Source: Balanoglossus misakiensis (lineage: Eukaryota; Animalia; Hemichordata). Taken from it: a DNA stretch of 64,000 bases. The notes under the pieces were generated by a model. That model made no database searches. It saw nothing but the letters and a program-made list of their open reading frames with translations, and had not been told where the DNA came from. Location: assembly GCA_040954595.2 (NCBI GenBank), contig CM082591.2, positions 10,247,309-10,311,308 of the forward strand. Reading direction: 5' to 3'. A program made the position numbers and the translations under genes. Of the stretch, positions 59,753 to 64,000 are shown in pieces (position 1 is the first letter of the stretch; every line of letters begins with the position of its first letter).

Positions 59753-60849
59753 CACTGTCAGAAATTCCCCAAGAGAAAAATTGATCGTGTAGGTGGGAGC
59801 TAGCTTGAACTGTATTAATGCAGGCTGATGTTGTAGGGGCTACAATTTTAGGGGTATCGAGGGAGCCATTGGTATGAAAATGAGAAATGGTTAATATATT
59901 TACGCGTATGCACGGAGATATTTAGGCGCGCCTTCACAGCGACAGACATTTCACAGTAGACGTATTCCAATATGTCTGGGCTGAGTAGAGCAATGTGTTC
60001 TAATGACGCAAGAATTTAATTTATAAGGTGACATAGATAAATAATAAATAAAACTCCAAAAGAATTGGCCATATTAATGTCATGGTGTCAATTTGACACT
60101 TGGTACAGGTTAGAACATATCCTTTCTTCTTTATACAGCGACTGTTTGCTTTTATTTTCTTCGTTTACTTAAAATTTTTGCGAAATGAGGTCACTTCCAT
60201 CTCTTGATTTCATTGTGGTGCTTGGCATGGGCTGAAAGATGTCTCAAGTTGTCTTAGTGTTTCATAAATCTTTACCAAATAGTACACTGTTTTTCTTGTT
60301 GCTATGTTCTTAAACTCCACGCTTCGTATTAAACTCTAAGTACCCCGAACAGGTGACACCACGCCGGCTCATAATCCACACATTCGGAAAACATAACGAT
60401 TTCAGTGTCCGATGACTTTAATGCAAACGCATGGCTACGGCATATCGGCCGAGCCCTCCGCCCGGAGACTGAGAATCCTTCGTCCGTTATGCGTCTCCGG
60501 TCTATATGCCTGTCAGAAATGTTTATTTGTTATTTCTCACAAACCAAACTACTACAGTTGAAGCTATATACATTAGAATTGAATAGTCAGTTCACAGTTG
60601 CAGATGCAACATTAAAAGATTACACATCACACCGTACCTGCGCACGTTAAATATGTACACGAGGGCTAAACATATTTATCGGGGTTCTCACTGTAACGCC
60701 TTCAACCAAGCAGGAACAGAAACAGGAAAAAAATATGTGTGAACATATTTATTTGCTGAGTGTAAATTCAGATCATGCAACACTCTAGGAAACATCCAGT
60801 GAAGACACGGCTTCGAAATGGCCCGCTCATTCTGGGAGAAAGTCATATA

Positions 60850-62276
60850 AACAGGTAGCTGCAATAATTATAGCCTTAGTGGTTGGGTGGTGTATCGCTG
60901 TCGGCTGGCCTGATCGCTGACGGCAGGCCAGCCGACAGCGATACACCAGCCCACCACTAAGGCTACAGTTATTGCAACAAATAAACAGGGCTGTTCATAT
61001 AGAATAATATAGAACAGTGCCGGTGAAGTCGGTTTTGGAAACATCTCCACACTCACGGATGCTTTTTACATTCAAACTGCCGACGAGAGAATTGGATGGG
61101 GAAGTCTATTCAATCGAACGCGGAATGAATCTTTTAGCTGAATGACATTAATTTCAGTAAATAGAATGATTTCCAGCCTATACAAAGCACCGAAATAATA
61201 TCATGACAGTAAGTTGATCAACTATTTTGCTAAATTAAAGCAATTTGAACATCGATCTATTGTCACTGTCGTATTTTCTATTTTAAACAAAAGGTCCGCT
61301 TTAAACGGAAAACACGATCAGTGACAGAGACGCTCTACCCGTCTGTAGAACGTCTAATCCAATTAAAACTATGATTTTAACAAAGCGACTTCATGAAAGG
61401 TCAATGAAACAGTTGTTGGCAATCATTACAGTTCTGTTATCGGAATTTAATGACAAATGCAGTTGAACAGCCGCAAACGAAGAAAACCAAAATGGTAATC
61501 TTCAGCAGTAAAATTAATACCAAGGCACAACTTGCAAAACTACAAAGTTTTCTCTTACCTGTTCCTTCGGTTATGCGCGTACAATGTAGCAATAACAGCG
61601 AAATTAAGACTAGTTGACACATCTTAGTGTTTCATACTGTTTTACACGCAGAGTATAATTTAAACTGAGGGACATACAGGGTTGTGACATACAAGTACAT
61701 CAGTCAGTTGCTATAGGTACACCCACGCGCTTTTATTGGTGGTGTTAATTCACGTCACTCAATCGTACGCTGGCCAATCGCATACAGCGGATAATTTGTA
61801 TAATCACATTGCTTGTACCATTTGATATTATGCTTTTAAGCATTTGTACAAGTCCCTTTACTTTCTGAACGATGACCACAATTGGGATTATTTTGGGATT
61901 ACATGTATATGTCATGAAATATCGTATAAATCAACGGACTTCAATAAAACTGCGTTGACATTTTTTGCAAAGTGTTTGTTATTTTAGTAAGAATAACTGC
62001 AGTCAACGGGATGTGGTTTGGTCCAATGGTTCGGTACCCGCGAATTGATAAGGCGAATCCAAATTAGTCAGTTTTCACCACTGTACTGCATATTTTATAT
62101 TCCCGAGCTAGGGTGTTCACGTATCCCATTTAACATAAATATGAAACCTTTAATAAGGCAGGAGCGCAATTAACAAAACGTATTTGCAAAGTTGTCATTT
62201 TATGAACGGCTCCATATAGTGCCGTGTTCCAAAAAATACAAGGGACACATATACTGTATATGCTGATGTTGGTCAA
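60850..62276. repeat. ~1.43-kb direct repeat copy 2
   Basis: Matches 58314-59752 with scattered substitutions. Confidence 0.95.
61559..61622 (-). CDS. Duplicate signal-peptide first exon [21 protein letters not shown](G)
   Basis: ATG, hydrophobic core and G|gtaaga donor; paralog [21 protein letters not shown] at 59028-59091. Confidence 0.75.
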
Positions 62277-64000
62277 ATGTCATCCAGAAGTTGGATTACA
62301 TTCTTGGCCCCGGCTGATCCATCGTCGACAATACGAACCCCACTGGTCACTTTTTAGCATGGAATTAAATATGTAAAAATATAAGAAATAAAGGGTAACA
62401 TATTATGTAGATATGGTTAATCTAAGAGAACCACTATGCAAAAGTCGCCGCACATATGAGTAGTCACCCAACCATTCCGAACTGTCAAATGGTTCTTGAG
62501 AAAAAGTTCTTGAAGAAGTTTATTTTCAAAGATTTTTGTCATTTCTGAAAAACTAGCATGGCCACCAAAGGAATTTTAAGAGCTCAGTGCGCGTGCCGGA
62601 GGCTCGTTTAATGACTTCACGTTTAAATTTATAATGCAATTTCTATCTAGTATACCTGACACTCTGTGTTTCTTTTCTCCCGAATATGTATTCTTCAAGA
62701 GGTGTCAAATGACATTATAAGATCGTTAAATTGCTTTTATTAATATTTAACTAAATTGAAATGCATGTAATAATTGTTCAATTTCTATCTCTGTCACGAA
62801 AGTTTTTTGCTTCTTTTGTGTCAGAGTCACTTTCGGGCATCGTTATTGTGTGGCAGGTAAATTGACAAGACCATAACTTTGTTTTAGTTACAGGCTGTTC
62901 AGATAATGTGGCAACTACGACTTCTGTGCCTCTAAGCATACATTTTGAAGCAACTCAACGTTTTCTCGGGTAGACAGGTGTATGCTCCTAAATGGCTGGT
63001 CAATACATGGATATTGAAACCCATCCATCTAATCTGTTTCCTATACGTAATATTAAAGCCACAGTATTTCTCGTAGGGGCAAAATTTTGTTTGAAACGGC
63101 ATCTAAAAGTAGATGATAATTGATAATTGATACTGAATCGAACAGTCATCATCCCCAGCTCTGCTCATAAACTCATACAATTTACAATATAACGAGTGAA
63201 GAATGACTTTCTGTCCGGACAGAAAGTCACGTGAGTGTTGACACACGTGACTAGTGCGCATGCGCACTCAAATGTGAATCTATGCGGAAGAGGTTTGGTC
63301 GCCCCAAATCAAGTGACTCAGCGAAGAAATGCGCACTAATTCGGCGAAATTTTGGGAAGATAACTTTATGGGAGAAATCAGTCGATGGAACCAGATCAAA
63401 TCCGAAAATGGTCTGACCATCAAAATGTCAAAGTGGCACGTTTGCTGATCGACATGTACAACATTTCCGTTGTAAACAAACCCGCGCATCATTTCAAGTG
63501 TTACGGGCAATATTTACAGCTTGCACGTAGCTACAGTTGCCCAAACCTTTCTTCTATCTTCATTATGTAGTATTCCATGATGAATGTACAGGAAAAACGG
63601 GCATTTTTCGATAATGAAAAATGGATACACACGAGAAATACTGGGGCTTTAATGTCATGCGGTATGCGTCATTTTTGTTCTGATACAAAAGCTTAAACTG
63701 TAACCCTGGCGTGAAAGCGTTGAATACAATACTGTATGTACACATATAAATATTAAGATGTATCGAATAAACGTCAAAGGTTAGGAAAAATCGTCTATAA
63801 ATTGACAATTGATTTCATGCAATTTATGTCCAAAATTCAACGCAGATCAGTGACCAGTAGGAAACACCCCCCCCCCCCAAAAAAAAAGTAGTTGTGTGCA
63901 TATCCATGTAGTAGTCATTGAGCAGAAGCAAGGCATTTTTCAACTGTCTGGAATGACCACAAACTTATACACGTCTTCCATATGATACAGTGCGGAAAGT

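Noticed and set aside
58314-62276. LTR retroelement (TRIM/LARD) made of two 1.43-kb repeats
   Set aside because: No TG..CA ends or TSD, and the repeats contain a host signal-peptide exon.

Overview
AT-rich, intron-containing, transposon-dense eukaryotic DNA. An invertebrate deuterostome such as a hemichordate, echinoderm or amphioxus is a guess from the gene and TE content. The left half is one apparently complete ~25.8 kb autonomous Helentron (Helitron superfamily, ~1669-27438) with recognisable termini. It encodes an intact 2482-aa OTU-Rep(HUH)-PIF1 helicase-AP endonuclease transposase on +. Head-to-head with it on - is a previously unannotated 9-exon gene (all phase-1 exons, ~565 aa) with a disordered Ser/Thr/Pro-rich repeat region and a KRQLF motif fused to an RPA-like OB-fold/Zn-ribbon domain. 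The element also carries three different ~240-bp tandem repeats, one rich in AGGTCA DR1/DR4 motifs, plus nested MITEs, a nested HINE and a strong G/T strand skew. The right half holds a minus-strand host gene (signal peptide, 5 SRCR, 2 HYR, then a disabled GAIN-like region). Its promoter/first exon is duplicated, and its SRCR array was recently expanded in frame by an ~845-bp duplication bracketing an Ngaro/DIRS tyrosine-recombinase fragment. RTE, CR1/L2-like and RLE-type LINE fragments, Crypton and pogo relics and several MITEs are interspersed. All calls are by eye, with no database searches.
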